In this document: piece by piece, positions 27,886-37,317 of the stretch | How the letters are laid out: every line of letters starts with the position of its first letter | How positions within the stretch are numbered: position 1 is the stretch's first letter | Assembly: GCA_022825595.1 (NCBI GenBank) | Contig: JAJDWM010000338.1 | Location: forward strand, 1 to 56,157 | Source of the DNA: Bryobacterales bacterium | GTDB taxonomy: Bacteria > Acidobacteriota > Terriglobia > Bryobacterales > UBA6623 | Reading direction: 5' to 3' | Length of the DNA stretch: 56,157 nt | Program-made: the position numbers and the translations under genes | Notes under the pieces: model-generated | The model's database searches: none | Seen by the model: only the letters and a program-made list of their open reading frames with translations | Told to the model about the DNA's origin: nothing

Positions 27886-29553
27886 TTGCCGGATAAGGAA
27901 GCGCTAGCGGTCGGGCTTGACTTCGGAACGGAGTCCGTGCGGGCGCTGTTCGTGGATTTGGACGGCAACCAGCACGGCTGGGCGTCGTCCCGCTACAAGC
28001 ACGGCCAGATCACAACGAAGCTGCCCGGCAGCGGCCAGCGGCTGCCGCCGAGGTATGCCCTGCAGCATCCCGTCGACTGGGTGGCGGCGGCAGCTCGCGC
28101 AACGCGCGGCGCTTGGCGCAAGGTAGCGGACAAGCGCGCCCGGGTCATCGGGATCGGCGTCGACTTCACGAGCTGCACCATGCTTCCCGCATTGCGGGAC
28201 GGCACGCCCTTGTGCATGCTTCCCGAGTTCAGCAAGAATCCACTGGCTTGGCCGAAGCTCTGGAAACATCACGGCGCAATCAGCCAGACGGAGCACATCA
28301 ACCGGGTGGCGCACCAGAGGCGAGAGCCCTTCCTTGAGCGCTACGGCGGGACGGTCGGTCTGGAGTGGTTTTTCCCGAAGCTTCTCGAGACCCTCCAGAA
28401 CGCCCCGGAGGTCTACCGCGCCGCGGAGGTCTGGATCGAGGCGGGGGACTGGCTGGTGTGGCAGCTGGTCGGGGGCCCTGCCGACCAAGCTGCCCGTTCC
28501 ACCTGCCAGGCCGGGTACAAGGGCATGTGGAGCTCCAAGGACGGCTTTCCCTCCAAGCCGTTCCTGCGGGCCGTGCACCCGGAGCTGGTGGACGTCGTGC
28601 GCACGAAGATGCCGGGCCGCATGCGCGTTCCCGGGCAGATCGCCGGCCGGCTGTCGCCGGAAATGGCCTCGCGCCTGGGGCTGAAGGCCGGCACCCCGGT
28701 CAGCACAGCCATCATTGACGCGCACGCCGGCGTGCCCGGCGTGGGGGCGGCCGACCCTGGCGCTCTGGTAATGGTCTGCGGGACCAGTTCGTGCCACATG
28801 ATCAATGCCACCGAGTACCGCTCCGTGCCCGGCGTCGCCGGTGTCGTCAGAGACGGAATCCTACCCGGAATGTTCGGCTACGAGACCGGCCAGGCGGCCG
28901 TCGGAGACGCGTTCGATTGGCTCCGGCGCCTTGTCGGCAAGAAGAACTTCGCGCAGCTCACCGCTAAGGCGGGCGATCTGGAGCCCGGCGCGGAGGGTGT
29001 TGTCTGCGTGGACTGGTTCAACGGATGCCGCACGCCGCTTATGGACGGAAACCTTCGGGGGGCGTTCCTAGGTCTAACTTTGGGACATGAGCCGCACCAC
29101 CTGTACCGGGCGCTCCTTGAATCGACCGCTTTCGGGCTGCGCTGGATCGTGGAGCTGCTTCGCGAGAAGGGGCTGCCCGTGAGGAAATTCATCGCCACCG
29201 GCGGCCTGCCGCACCGCAACCCGCTGTTCGTGCAGGTCGCGGCGGACGTGCTTGGGGAGAGCATCCTCATCCATCCTTCTCGACAGGGGCCTGCGCTGGG
29301 AGCTGCGATCCTTGGGGCCGTAGCCGCGGGAAAGCGTGCCGGGGGCTTCAGTTCCGTGCGCTCGGCCGTGCGCACGATCGGCGGTGTCCGCAAGGGAGTG
29401 AACGGACGCCAGGGCACAATCGTGGCACCGAATCGCGCCCGCGCCAAGAAATACGGTCCGCCGTACGCCCGTTACAGGCAGGCGGCGGAGTCCATCTGGC
29501 AGGCAGGCAGGCCCGGTTCGGATCCATCGGCTGACCGGGGGGCGTCGGCCTAG
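27886..29553 (+). CDS. araB: ribulokinase-like FGGY carbohydrate kinase
   Basis: 555 aa with a TTG start. The N-terminus LAVGLDFGTESVRALFVDL is the FGGY N-domain motif. The length and segments (GYKGMWSSKDGFPS, DWFNGCRTPL, FIATGGLPHRN) fit AraB-type ribulokinase. No araA/araD lies nearby. Confidence 0.7.
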   Translation: MPDKEALAVGLDFGTESVRALFVDLDGNQHGWASSRYKHGQITTKLPGSGQRLPPRYALQHPVDWVAAAARATRGAWRKVADKRARVIGIGVDFTSCTMLPALRDGTPLCMLPEFSKNPLAWPKLWKHHGAISQTEHINRVAHQRREPFLERYGGTVGLEWFFPKLLETLQNAPEVYRAAEVWIEAGDWLVWQLVGGPADQAARSTCQAGYKGMWSSKDGFPSKPFLRAVHPELVDVVRTKMPGRMRVPGQIAGRLSPEMASRLGLKAGTPVSTAIIDAHAGVPGVGAADPGALVMVCGTSSCHMINATEYRSVPGVAGVVRDGILPGMFGYETGQAAVGDAFDWLRRLVGKKNFAQLTAKAGDLEPGAEGVVCVDWFNGCRTPLMDGNLRGAFLGLTLGHEPHHLYRALLESTAFGLRWIVELLREKGLPVRKFIATGGLPHRNPLFVQVAADVLGESILIHPSRQGPALGAAILGAVAAGKRAGGFSSVRSAVRTIGGVRKGVNGRQGTIVAPNRARAKKYGPPYARYRQAAESIWQAGRPGSDPSADRGASA

Positions 29554-29579
29554 CCGGTGTAGAGTAATACACGCGCGAG

Positions 29580-31466
29580 GTGCATGCAATGAGACTTTCG
29601 GCCCCGTTCTGCTTTGCTTTGTTGCTGTCGGTCGCCCTCGTGCCCCAGACCGAGGCGCACTCCAGAGGGGCTCTGCAGGGCTACACCGGAGGCGACTTCC
29701 CCGGCGAGAACAGTCGTGCATGCACCCAGTGCCACGCCGGGTCGGAGATCAACTCCGGGGAGGGAACGCTGGCGCTGATGGTTGGCGAATCCCCGGCGGA
29801 GGAGCACTCCTACACCCCGGGCGAGACGGTCTCCCTGATCATTTCCTTCGAGGACTCGAGCGCGGCCCGGCTCGGATTTCAGGTCACCGCGCGCTCCGGC
29901 GATGGCTGCGGCCCTGCCGGCGCGCTTGCCACCACCGCCACAGACGACGGCACCCAGATCAAGATCATCTCTGGGACTTGCGGCCCCATGAGCCAGTCTG
30001 TGCAGTGGGCGACTCATACGCTTCCCCGCGCGGGCCAGTCGGCGACCTTTGAGATCGCTTGGACGCTGCCTGCCGAGAGCGTAGGGCCGATCACGATCGC
30101 GGTCGCGGGGAACGCGGCCGACGGCAGCGTGAACGTTCGGGGAGACAAGATCTACACTGCCCAGGCAACGCTGCAACCGGCGGCGGCCGAGCCCGAGCTT
30201 GGCCCGCCCGTGATCTCGGAAGGCGGCGTGACCATGCTGGGGGATGGCGACACGCCGCTCAGCACGGCTGCCCCTGGAGCGGTCGCCGCCATCAGCGGCA
30301 CTGACTTTGCCGCAGCCGACACGACGCACGCCGGCGGCGTCGCGGAGGACGGGACTTGGGCCACGGTTGCCGGAGGCGTCTGCGTCGAGGTGAATCAGGT
30401 GCGCGCTCCTGTGCTGCATGTCGCTGCCGAACGGATCCTCTTCCAGGTGCCGCCCGGCACGGCTGCGGGTTCCGCCGCCGTGCAGGTCGCGCGTAACTGC
30501 GACTCGCCGATGGACGGGCCGCAAGAGGTCCGCAGCGGTACCGCAACGCTGCAGGTCGCGAGCGTCCAGCCGGCGCTGTTCCAATTCTCCGACTCCGAGT
30601 CCGGGCTGGCGGCACTGCATGCCGACTATTCGATCGTCGGCGAAGAGGGGCTGGACCTGTTCCCAACGCCTGAGGCCGAAGACGAGGGCGAAACGGCGAT
30701 GCCTTCCGCCGACGCAGGGGACATGACCGACGCAGGGGACATGACCGGCACCGACGATACGACGGATGAGGAAATTCCCCCTGCAAACCCCCGCCCTGCG
30801 ATGCCGGGCGATGTGGTGATGGTGCTCGCCACCGGTCTTGGGGCCACGGAGCCGGCGCTGGCCAGCGGCGAGATCGCGGCGTGGCCGCACACCTTGGCTG
30901 CCGAGTCCGTCAAGGCGATGGTCGGACAGCTCGAGGTGCCGGCCTCGGATCTTGCCTTTGCCGGAGCGACGCCGGGCTTCGCCGGGTTGTACCTGGTCAG
31001 CTTCCGCGTTCCCGACGCAGCCCCGGCGGGAGATCATGCGGTCTCGCTGCTCGTCGACAATGTGGCGTCCCCTGCCGGTGCGATGCTTGAGGTAGAGTTG
31101 CCTCCCACGCCCGAACCGACCCCGGATCCCGACCCGATGCCCGGTACGGATCCGGGCGGCGGCATGGAGGATGAGCAGACGTGCGTCGTGGGACTTGTCC
31201 TCAATCCAGGCGATTCGTGCGTAGGGGAGATCTACTCGGTGAACCTGGGGGGTGTGACGATTCCGGGGCGGTTTGAGATCAGGGAATCCGGGGAAGGTTG
31301 CCTAGAGATAACCGGTGGGGCGTTCCAAGCCCTCATTCCGGAACCCATCTGCGAGGATGAGCGGCACAATCCTCTGGGCGCCAACCTTTTTGTCGCCGAG
31401 CGGGGGGAAGACTCCTCCTCGTGGACGATTGTGACCTTGGTCGGGCCGCCAGAGGAGGATCCGTGA
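29580..31466 (+). CDS. secreted protein: N-terminal CxxCH-containing domain + TIGR03437-like (Solibacter C-terminal) domain + acidic/Cys-containing tail
   Basis: Signal peptide (MRLSAPFCFALLLSVALVPQTEA; an alternative ATG is at 29589). CTQCH sits near the N-terminus. The TIGR03437-like segment reads PGAVAAISGTDFAA...PGDVVMVLATGLGATEP...FAGATPGFAGLYLVSFRVPDAAPAGDHAVSLLV. Confidence 0.7.
   Translation: MHAMRLSAPFCFALLLSVALVPQTEAHSRGALQGYTGGDFPGENSRACTQCHAGSEINSGEGTLALMVGESPAEEHSYTPGETVSLIISFEDSSAARLGFQVTARSGDGCGPAGALATTATDDGTQIKIISGTCGPMSQSVQWATHTLPRAGQSATFEIAWTLPAESVGPITIAVAGNAADGSVNVRGDKIYTAQATLQPAAAEPELGPPVISEGGVTMLGDGDTPLSTAAPGAVAAISGTDFAAADTTHAGGVAEDGTWATVAGGVCVEVNQVRAPVLHVAAERILFQVPPGTAAGSAAVQVARNCDSPMDGPQEVRSGTATLQVASVQPALFQFSDSESGLAALHADYSIVGEEGLDLFPTPEAEDEGETAMPSADAGDMTDAGDMTGTDDTTDEEIPPANPRPAMPGDVVMVLATGLGATEPALASGEIAAWPHTLAAESVKAMVGQLEVPASDLAFAGATPGFAGLYLVSFRVPDAAPAGDHAVSLLVDNVASPAGAMLEVELPPTPEPTPDPDPMPGTDPGGGMEDEQTCVVGLVLNPGDSCVGEIYSVNLGGVTIPGRFEIRESGEGCLEITGGAFQALIPEPICEDERHNPLGANLFVAERGEDSSSWTIVTLVGPPEEDP
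30711..30746 (+). repeat. perfect 18-bp tandem duplication within the CDS
   Basis: gacgcaggggacatgacc occurs twice and encodes DAGDMT DAGDMT. Confidence 0.9.
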
Positions 31467-31552
31467 TCGATGAAGGGCGCTCCTGTGGGCGGACGACTGA
31501 CAATCCGGCTGTGCGTCGGCGGATTCTTCATTCGAGCGAGGTGGACGATCTC

Positions 31553-32572
31553 ATGAAGATGCGACGATCTCTCCTGATTCCCGCCCTTGCGGCGGCCTTT
31601 TCCCTAGCCGTGTTGGCACAGGACCAGACTCCGGCCACCGACGAGACTCCCCCTGCAGAGGAGCCCTCGCCGGTCGAAGTGGAGTACGCGCCCGAGGATG
31701 GCGCGGTCTACGACATCACTGAGCGGACCACCCGCATCAGCACGGTCGGCAGTGCCGATCCCGTGACCGACGTGCGCGAACGAGTGAGCGAACTGGTGAT
31801 CGCAGAGGGCGAGGACGGATATACAAACGGCGTAACGATTGTCTCCGAGTCTCTCTCGAGAAACGGTAACGCCATCCCCAGCCCGCTCTTCCCGGCCTTG
31901 GCGGGACTGGAGCTTGTCTACGAGGTTGCTTCGGACGGCAGCCTCACAGCGATAACGGGGCATGAGGGGCTCACCGCCGCGATTGCCTCGATCTTTCCGG
32001 AAAAGCTTGCCGAGACTCTTGACGCGCTGCTGAACCACGACGCGCTCCGCCACCAGGACGCCGGTCGCTATGGCGAGCTTCACGGGCCCTACATTGGGGC
32101 ATCGGTCACGCTGGTGGAGAACGAAGCGTCAGTCGCATTGCAGGTGCTGCCGTCCGGAGGCTCCATGCCGGTGTACACACTGACCACGGTCACGCAGGAT
32201 GATGAGGGAACGCTGACGGTGCAGCGGGTGCACTCGAGCGACGCTGCGATGTTGGCCGAAGGGGTCGAGACCGTAACGGAGGACGACCTGCTAGCGCTTA
32301 GCGGAGATCTGGAGGCGGACCTGCCCACCGCTCATGCCTCGGCCGCTGTCGGCGGCATGGAGGAGACATCGGTCGAGGCCAGCGGCGCGCTGGTCACCAG
32401 CCGGATTGTGCAAATGAGGTACGAGCACACCCCTAGGCAGCCGCCGGGAACGGATTCGTTCACGAACTCGCTAGACGTGACCGAGGTATACAGCGCGGTC
32501 AAGCGGCCACCCCCCGATCCTATGACCGAAGAGACGCCTATGCCTGAAGAGACCCCGGCGACGCAGCCCTAG
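31553..32572 (+). CDS. secreted acidic hypothetical protein
   Basis: Start at ATG 31553 (MKMRRSLLIPALAAAFSLAVLAQD signal). 339 aa, with no recognisable domain. Confidence 0.55.
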   Translation: MKMRRSLLIPALAAAFSLAVLAQDQTPATDETPPAEEPSPVEVEYAPEDGAVYDITERTTRISTVGSADPVTDVRERVSELVIAEGEDGYTNGVTIVSESLSRNGNAIPSPLFPALAGLELVYEVASDGSLTAITGHEGLTAAIASIFPEKLAETLDALLNHDALRHQDAGRYGELHGPYIGASVTLVENEASVALQVLPSGGSMPVYTLTTVTQDDEGTLTVQRVHSSDAAMLAEGVETVTEDDLLALSGDLEADLPTAHASAAVGGMEETSVEASGALVTSRIVQMRYEHTPRQPPGTDSFTNSLDVTEVYSAVKRPPPDPMTEETPMPEETPATQP

Positions 32573-32799
32573 CCGAAGTTCCCCGACTTGGGTTGGGCGT
32601 TCCGAATGCAAATGAGAGTCCGTTCGCACCTGCGCTGGGCAGCCGATTGCTTCACCGTGGTCCGAGGATCGGGCATGCCTTGCCAGCGGTGCCCAAGCCC
32701 CCAAAGAGCGGCGTTCCCAGCCTCGGTGCATTGCACGTCCGTCCTGCCGGCCCGGCATCCCTTCGGGATCTTGGTCGGCGCTGAAGGAGTGAGTCCAAG

Positions 32800-34101
32800 A
32801 TGTCGCTGACGGCGGCGCTGGATCGCGGCTTCGGAATAACGCGCCGGGGCAGCACGGTCGGCCGGGAAGTCCTCGCCGGGTCTACCACCTTCCTCGCAAT
32901 GAGCTACATCATTGCGGTGAACCCGGCGATTCTGGGCGATGCCGGCGTCCCTCCCGCAGCGGCCGCCTTCGCCACGTGTCTTGCGGCTGGCCTCGGTACG
33001 GTCGTCATGGGCGTTTGGGCACGCATGCCGCTGGCCGTGGCCCCAGGAATGGGGCTCAACGCCTATTTCGCCTACTCGGTCGTGCTGGGGCTTGGCGTGC
33101 CGTGGGAGCGGGCGCTTGGCTTGGTCTTCTTGGCCGGTGTAGCCTTCTTCGTCCTGTCCCTGCTGGGCGTGCGGCAGGTCCTGCTCCGGATGATGCCCGC
33201 CCCGCTGCTGCCGGCGATCGGCGCCGGCATCGGCATGTTCCTGGTGTTGATCGGCCTCAGGAACGCAGGCTTGGTTCAAGGGCATGAGACGACGCTCGTA
33301 ACCAGGGGCGACTTCTCCGAACCGGGCACCCTGCTGGCAGTCGGGACCCTGCTGGCATGCGCGACGCTGCTGGCCCGCGGCGTCCGCGCGGGGATCCTTC
33401 TGGCGATCGTGGGCGCGACCATCGTGTCGATTCCTCTCGGACTGGCGGGTGAGGCCGGGCGCCCGGACGCCGGATCGTTGGGCGCCGTGATGCAGCTCGA
33501 CTTGGCGGGCGCCTTCGCTCCGGAGATGCTCGACGTGGTCTTCGCCCTGCTCTTCGTCGACGTGTTCGATTCGCTGGGTACGGTGATCGCCCTGATCCGC
33601 AAGGCCGGGCTCGCCCGCCCTGATGGGAGCATGCCCGGACTTGAGCGCGTGATGTGCGTGGACGCCGGCGCAACCGTGGCCGGTTCCCTCCTCGGAACGT
33701 CGACCCTGACGACCTACATAGAGAGTGCCGCCGGGATCGAGGCTGGCGGTCGCACGGGCCTGACAGCGGTGGTAACCGGGGGGCTGTTCCTGCTGGCGCT
33801 GCCGTTGGCGCCGCTGGTGGCCGTAATCCCATCCGCCGCTGTCGCGGCCCCGCTCGTGATCGTTGGGGCCAGCACGGTCGGCTTGGCGCGCGAGATCGAC
33901 TGGGACGACACTGACATCGCCGTGTCCGCGCTGTTCACCATGGCCGGCATTCCGCTCATGTTCAGCATCGCCGACGGACTGGCGATGGGCACGATCTGCT
34001 TTGTGGTCCTGAGGCTGCTGCGTGGCCGTGCCAGTGAAGTGCCATGGCCTGTCCGAGGCCTGGCGGCCCTCTTCGTGGCGCGGTTCGCGCTGCTGGCGTA
34101 A
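32800..34101 (+). CDS. NCS2-family purine (adenine/guanine/hypoxanthine) permease, AzgA-like
   Basis: 433 aa. The N-terminus FGITRRGSTVGREVLAGSTTFLAMSYIIAVNPAILGDAGV is characteristic, and the protein has multiple TM helices. Confidence 0.85.
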   Translation: MSLTAALDRGFGITRRGSTVGREVLAGSTTFLAMSYIIAVNPAILGDAGVPPAAAAFATCLAAGLGTVVMGVWARMPLAVAPGMGLNAYFAYSVVLGLGVPWERALGLVFLAGVAFFVLSLLGVRQVLLRMMPAPLLPAIGAGIGMFLVLIGLRNAGLVQGHETTLVTRGDFSEPGTLLAVGTLLACATLLARGVRAGILLAIVGATIVSIPLGLAGEAGRPDAGSLGAVMQLDLAGAFAPEMLDVVFALLFVDVFDSLGTVIALIRKAGLARPDGSMPGLERVMCVDAGATVAGSLLGTSTLTTYIESAAGIEAGGRTGLTAVVTGGLFLLALPLAPLVAVIPSAAVAAPLVIVGASTVGLAREIDWDDTDIAVSALFTMAGIPLMFSIADGLAMGTICFVVLRLLRGRASEVPWPVRGLAALFVARFALLA

Positions 34102-34120
34102 GGCGACCTACGAACGGCGG

Positions 34121-35413
34121 TCAGGCGCGGGCGGCGGAGTCCAGTGCCTCAGTGAGCACGGCGCGTAGCCTACGGCCCACGATCCGTTCCTCTCCGGCAG
34201 CCATCATCCACACGCCTATCACGAGGCCGTCGTCAGAGCCTGGCCGGACTTCTATGCTCGGCTCCCCCGAGCGGAGCCGCTCGGCCGCGCCTTTCGGATC
34301 CAGGCCCGCCCGTTCGTAGTCCCAGCGAATACGCAGGTGTGGCACGGCATTCGCCACTTCGGGCACGAACACCTCCGTCTCAACGCTCCGCAGTCCGTCC
34401 ACCACCCCCGCGATCCGGCGGCAGCGGCGGCTCCACTCTTTCCAGTACTGGTCGTGGTCGCGCTCAAGGAACAGCGATAGGGCGACCAGCATGCCGACGA
34501 TCTCTTCCTTGTTGACCTTGTTGGTGCGTCCCACGCTGTCGGAATGTGGGCTGTTGTTCAGCCGCGCAGCCTCGATCAGGTCCTTGCGGCCCAGCAGCAG
34601 CCCGGCGGACTGCGGTCCCAGCAAGCCCTTGCCCCCGGAGAACGCGACAAGGTCGTAGCCCATCTTGGTGAATTGGAACAGGTTCTCGACCGGCGGAAGG
34701 TCGGCGGCGGCGTCGTTCATCGTCGGCACTGAGTGCCGCTTTCCGATGCGCACGAACTCCTCGTGGCCGACCTGGCCAGCTCCCTGCTGGTGATTGAGGA
34801 AGAACAGCATCGCGGTCTTCTCGCTGATCGCGGCCTCAAGCTCGCTGGCCGACTCGACCTCGACGATGCGCACGCCGCAATTGCGGACCGCGTGGTCATA
34901 GGCGTTGCGGTGTGCCTTCTGCACGACCACCTCGTCCTTCATGCCGGTCGTGTCCGGCAGGCGCCGGACATTTTCCTCCGAGGCTCCCGCAACGCAAGCG
35001 GCAGTTCCCAACGTCAGCGCCGACGCGCAGCCGGCAGTGACCAGCGCCGCCTCGCACTCCAGCATCTCGGCGATGCGCTCACCGGCCTTCTCGTGCAGTT
35101 CCTGAAGGTCGACATAACGCGTCGATGCGGACTGCATCGCGCTGAGAACCTCGGGCGGCATCCTTGAGGCCGTCAGCCGGGTGTAGGTCCCGGCCGCATT
35201 GATGAATGTTCGAACGCCGAGTTCCCCGAGCACGTCGCGAGCCACCGGGGACCTGGCCTTCTTCTTGGACGTTGCGGCCGACAGCCTGCCTGAGACCGCT
35301 GCGCCCACGGCAGACGGGCCTAGGACGTGCCTCAGGAATGTGCGACGGTTGCGCCGAAACAGCTCAAACACGGGCGGATCCCTCCATTCCAGCTCCTGCG
35401 CAGGCAGGCTCAC
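34121..35413 (-). CDS. SelA-like / DgaE-like PLP-dependent enzyme with twin-arginine signal
   Basis: 430 aa. RRNRRTFLRHVLGPSAVGAAV is a Tat-type leader. FSGGKGLLGPQSAGLLLGRKDLIEAAR resembles the SelA-family PLP-lysine motif. Confidence 0.7.
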   Translation of the reverse strand: MSLPAQELEWRDPPVFELFRRNRRTFLRHVLGPSAVGAAVSGRLSAATSKKKARSPVARDVLGELGVRTFINAAGTYTRLTASRMPPEVLSAMQSASTRYVDLQELHEKAGERIAEMLECEAALVTAGCASALTLGTAACVAGASEENVRRLPDTTGMKDEVVVQKAHRNAYDHAVRNCGVRIVEVESASELEAAISEKTAMLFFLNHQQGAGQVGHEEFVRIGKRHSVPTMNDAAADLPPVENLFQFTKMGYDLVAFSGGKGLLGPQSAGLLLGRKDLIEAARLNNSPHSDSVGRTNKVNKEEIVGMLVALSLFLERDHDQYWKEWSRRCRRIAGVVDGLRSVETEVFVPEVANAVPHLRIRWDYERAGLDPKGAAERLRSGEPSIEVRPGSDDGLVIGVWMMAAGEERIVGRRLRAVLTEALDSAARA

Positions 35414-35425
35414 CCATTCTGGGGC

Positions 35426-36076
35426 TCACGGCAGTTCCTTGATGCGGATGTTGCGGAACTCGACCGGCTCGTTGTGGCCGAGGAAGCCGATGTGTCCGCT
35501 CTTCCGCTTGAGGCCGGGATGCTTGGCGAGCGTTTCCGCGTCCGTGATGTCCCGGGTGTCCACGGAAAGGATCTCCGTGCCGTTCAGAACAACTCGGATT
35601 CTGGGCCCGGAGGCGGTGACCTCTTGGCTGTTCCACTCCCCCGCAGGCTTGAGCGCGCCGGTCTTTGCAGGAGCGACGTTGTACAGCGACCCGTGCTTCT
35701 GCCATGGCTTGATGGCCTTGTAGCGCTCGGCGGAATTGTCGATGATCTGCAACTCGTTCCCGATGTACGCCATGTCGCCCCATCCCAGTGGGCAGCGGAT
35801 GCACAGGCCGTTGTTCGACCCGGAATCAAGCTTGAACTCGAATCGCAGCACGAAATCCTGGTACTCGGCTGCACTCATCAGGTTCCCGCCGTTTCCGCGG
35901 GAGCACGATATTGCGCCGTCCCTGACCGCGTAGCCCTCGCCGCGCTTGCCGATCAGCACCCACCCGTCGAGGGACTCGCCGTCGAACAGCGGTCGGAATC
36001 CCTCCTCCTGCGCTCCGCCGGGCACGGTTGCGGCGATTGAGGCCAAGATCAGGGAAAGCCGCCAAAGGCGCATCAT
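35426..36076 (-). CDS. DUF1080 (3-keto-disaccharide hydrolase-like) secreted protein
   Basis: Signal peptide, then FRPLFDGESLDGWV, FVLRFEFKL, LQIIDNS, GSLYNVAPA and HIGFLGHNEPVEFRNIRIKEL. Confidence 0.8.
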   Translation of the reverse strand: MMRLWRLSLILASIAATVPGGAQEEGFRPLFDGESLDGWVLIGKRGEGYAVRDGAISCSRGNGGNLMSAAEYQDFVLRFEFKLDSGSNNGLCIRCPLGWGDMAYIGNELQIIDNSAERYKAIKPWQKHGSLYNVAPAKTGALKPAGEWNSQEVTASGPRIRVVLNGTEILSVDTRDITDAETLAKHPGLKRKSGHIGFLGHNEPVEFRNIRIKELP

Positions 36077-36175
36077 CGAGACGAATCATAGCACCGCGCG
36101 CGCCGCGAGCCTGCCCCGGGGGCGCTCCAGTTCTGGGATTGCGCCCCCGGTCCCGACCTCGGGGGACAATGGAGC

Positions 36176-36550
36176 ATGCATGTCAGCCTCTATGAGGCCA
36201 TCGGCGAGGAAGGCTTCGACGAGGTGACGAAAGCATTCTATTCGCAGGTACCCGACGACGAGATCCTGGGCCCGATGTATCCTCCCGGCCAGATTGAGGA
36301 CGCCCGCGTCCGACTGCGAGACTTCCTCGTCGGGCGCTTCGGCGGACCTCCCCGCTACATAGCGCAGCGCGGGCATCCCAGGCTGCGCATGCGGCACATA
36401 CGCTTCCCGATCGATCGCCGGGCCCGCGACCGCTGGGTGCAGCTGATGTCCACTGCCGTGGAGCAGTCCGGGATTCCCGCCCGCGCCGGGGAGCAGCTGA
36501 TGCGATTCTGCGAGGACGCTGCTACATTCCTGATCAATCGCCGGGCGTAG
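36176..36550 (+). CDS. glbO: group II truncated haemoglobin
   Basis: 124 aa. SLYEAIGGE-like start, F..GGPPRYIAQRGHPRLRMRHIRFPIDRRARDRWVQLM. Confidence 0.8.
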   Translation: MHVSLYEAIGEEGFDEVTKAFYSQVPDDEILGPMYPPGQIEDARVRLRDFLVGRFGGPPRYIAQRGHPRLRMRHIRFPIDRRARDRWVQLMSTAVEQSGIPARAGEQLMRFCEDAATFLINRRA

Positions 36551-36556
36551 CTCGCT

Positions 36557-37276
36557 TCAGAGAGGCGCGAAAGCATCGAACGCGTCCGCTACCTGCTTGG
36601 CGATCAGCGCGTTGCCCTCGGCGTTGGGGTGGATGCCGTCGGAGCGGTTCAGCTCGCGAACCATCGCGACGTTCTCGAGCAGGAAGGGGATGAAGTGCAG
36701 TTCCATGTCCGCTGCAAGCCTCGGGAATACCCCGTCAAAGGCCTGCACGAAATCAGGTCCGTAGTTTCGCGGCAGCTTCATACCCGCCAGCACAACGTTC
36801 GCCCCGTGAGCCTGGAAACGAGAGACGATCTCTCGGAGGTTGCGCTCCATCACGTCGATAGGCAGCCCTCTCATGCCGTCGTTCGCTCCGAGGGCGACGA
36901 TCGCCCACTGCGGGTCGTGGGCGAGCGCGACATCGATGCGCGCCAAGGCGACGGCCGTGGTGTCGCCGCTGACGCCTTCGTTCACCACCCTAAGCGGGCG
37001 GCCGCGGCGGTCGAACTCCTCCTGCAGGAATCCGGGGTAGGAACTGTCCCGCGGCCCGCGCCGGCCGGCTGTCAGGCTGTCTCCGAACGCGACCAGAACC
37101 GGCCGGGGATCGGCTCCGGCGGGCTCCCTCTCGCGACCGCCGGTCTCGGCGAACTCTCCAGACTCGCGCGTGCGCGTTTCCGCATCGGGCGCGCTGCAGC
37201 CGCCGCTTAGGATGGCCGCAGCGCACACGATTGCTGCGGGCAGCAGGCGGCCAACCGTCAAGTATCGGTGTCGCAT
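36557..37276 (-). CDS. SGNH/GDSL hydrolase (TesA-like arylesterase/lysophospholipase), lipoprotein
   Basis: Block I is LVAFGDSLTAG. GANDG and DGIHPN blocks are also present. Lipobox-like ILSGGCS. Confidence 0.8.
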   Translation of the reverse strand: MRHRYLTVGRLLPAAIVCAAAILSGGCSAPDAETRTRESGEFAETGGREREPAGADPRPVLVAFGDSLTAGRRGPRDSSYPGFLQEEFDRRGRPLRVVNEGVSGDTTAVALARIDVALAHDPQWAIVALGANDGMRGLPIDVMERNLREIVSRFQAHGANVVLAGMKLPRNYGPDFVQAFDGVFPRLAADMELHFIPFLLENVAMVRELNRSDGIHPNAEGNALIAKQVADAFDAFAPL

Positions 37277-37317
37277 TGAACCCTCCTTGACCAGTATCGG
37301 CGATGCAGGCGGGTCGC

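Noticed and set aside
29550-31037. 495-aa minus-strand ORF
   Set aside because: It is antisense to the secreted CxxCH/TIGR03437-like gene, with low-complexity Arg/Gly composition.
32573-32799. Possible purine riboswitch upstream of the NCS2 purine permease
   Set aside because: I read the 227-nt leader on the sense strand and could not find the conserved three-way-junction core (UAUAAU..., ..CCGUAAAU.. type segments). A covariance-model scan would be needed to exclude it completely.
34121-35413. Interpreting the SelA-like gene as selenocysteine synthase supporting Sec decoding of the TGA at 39349
   Set aside because: It carries a Tat export leader, lacks the SelA N-terminal tRNA-binding region and has DgaE-like length. 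It cannot be taken as evidence for a Sec system.
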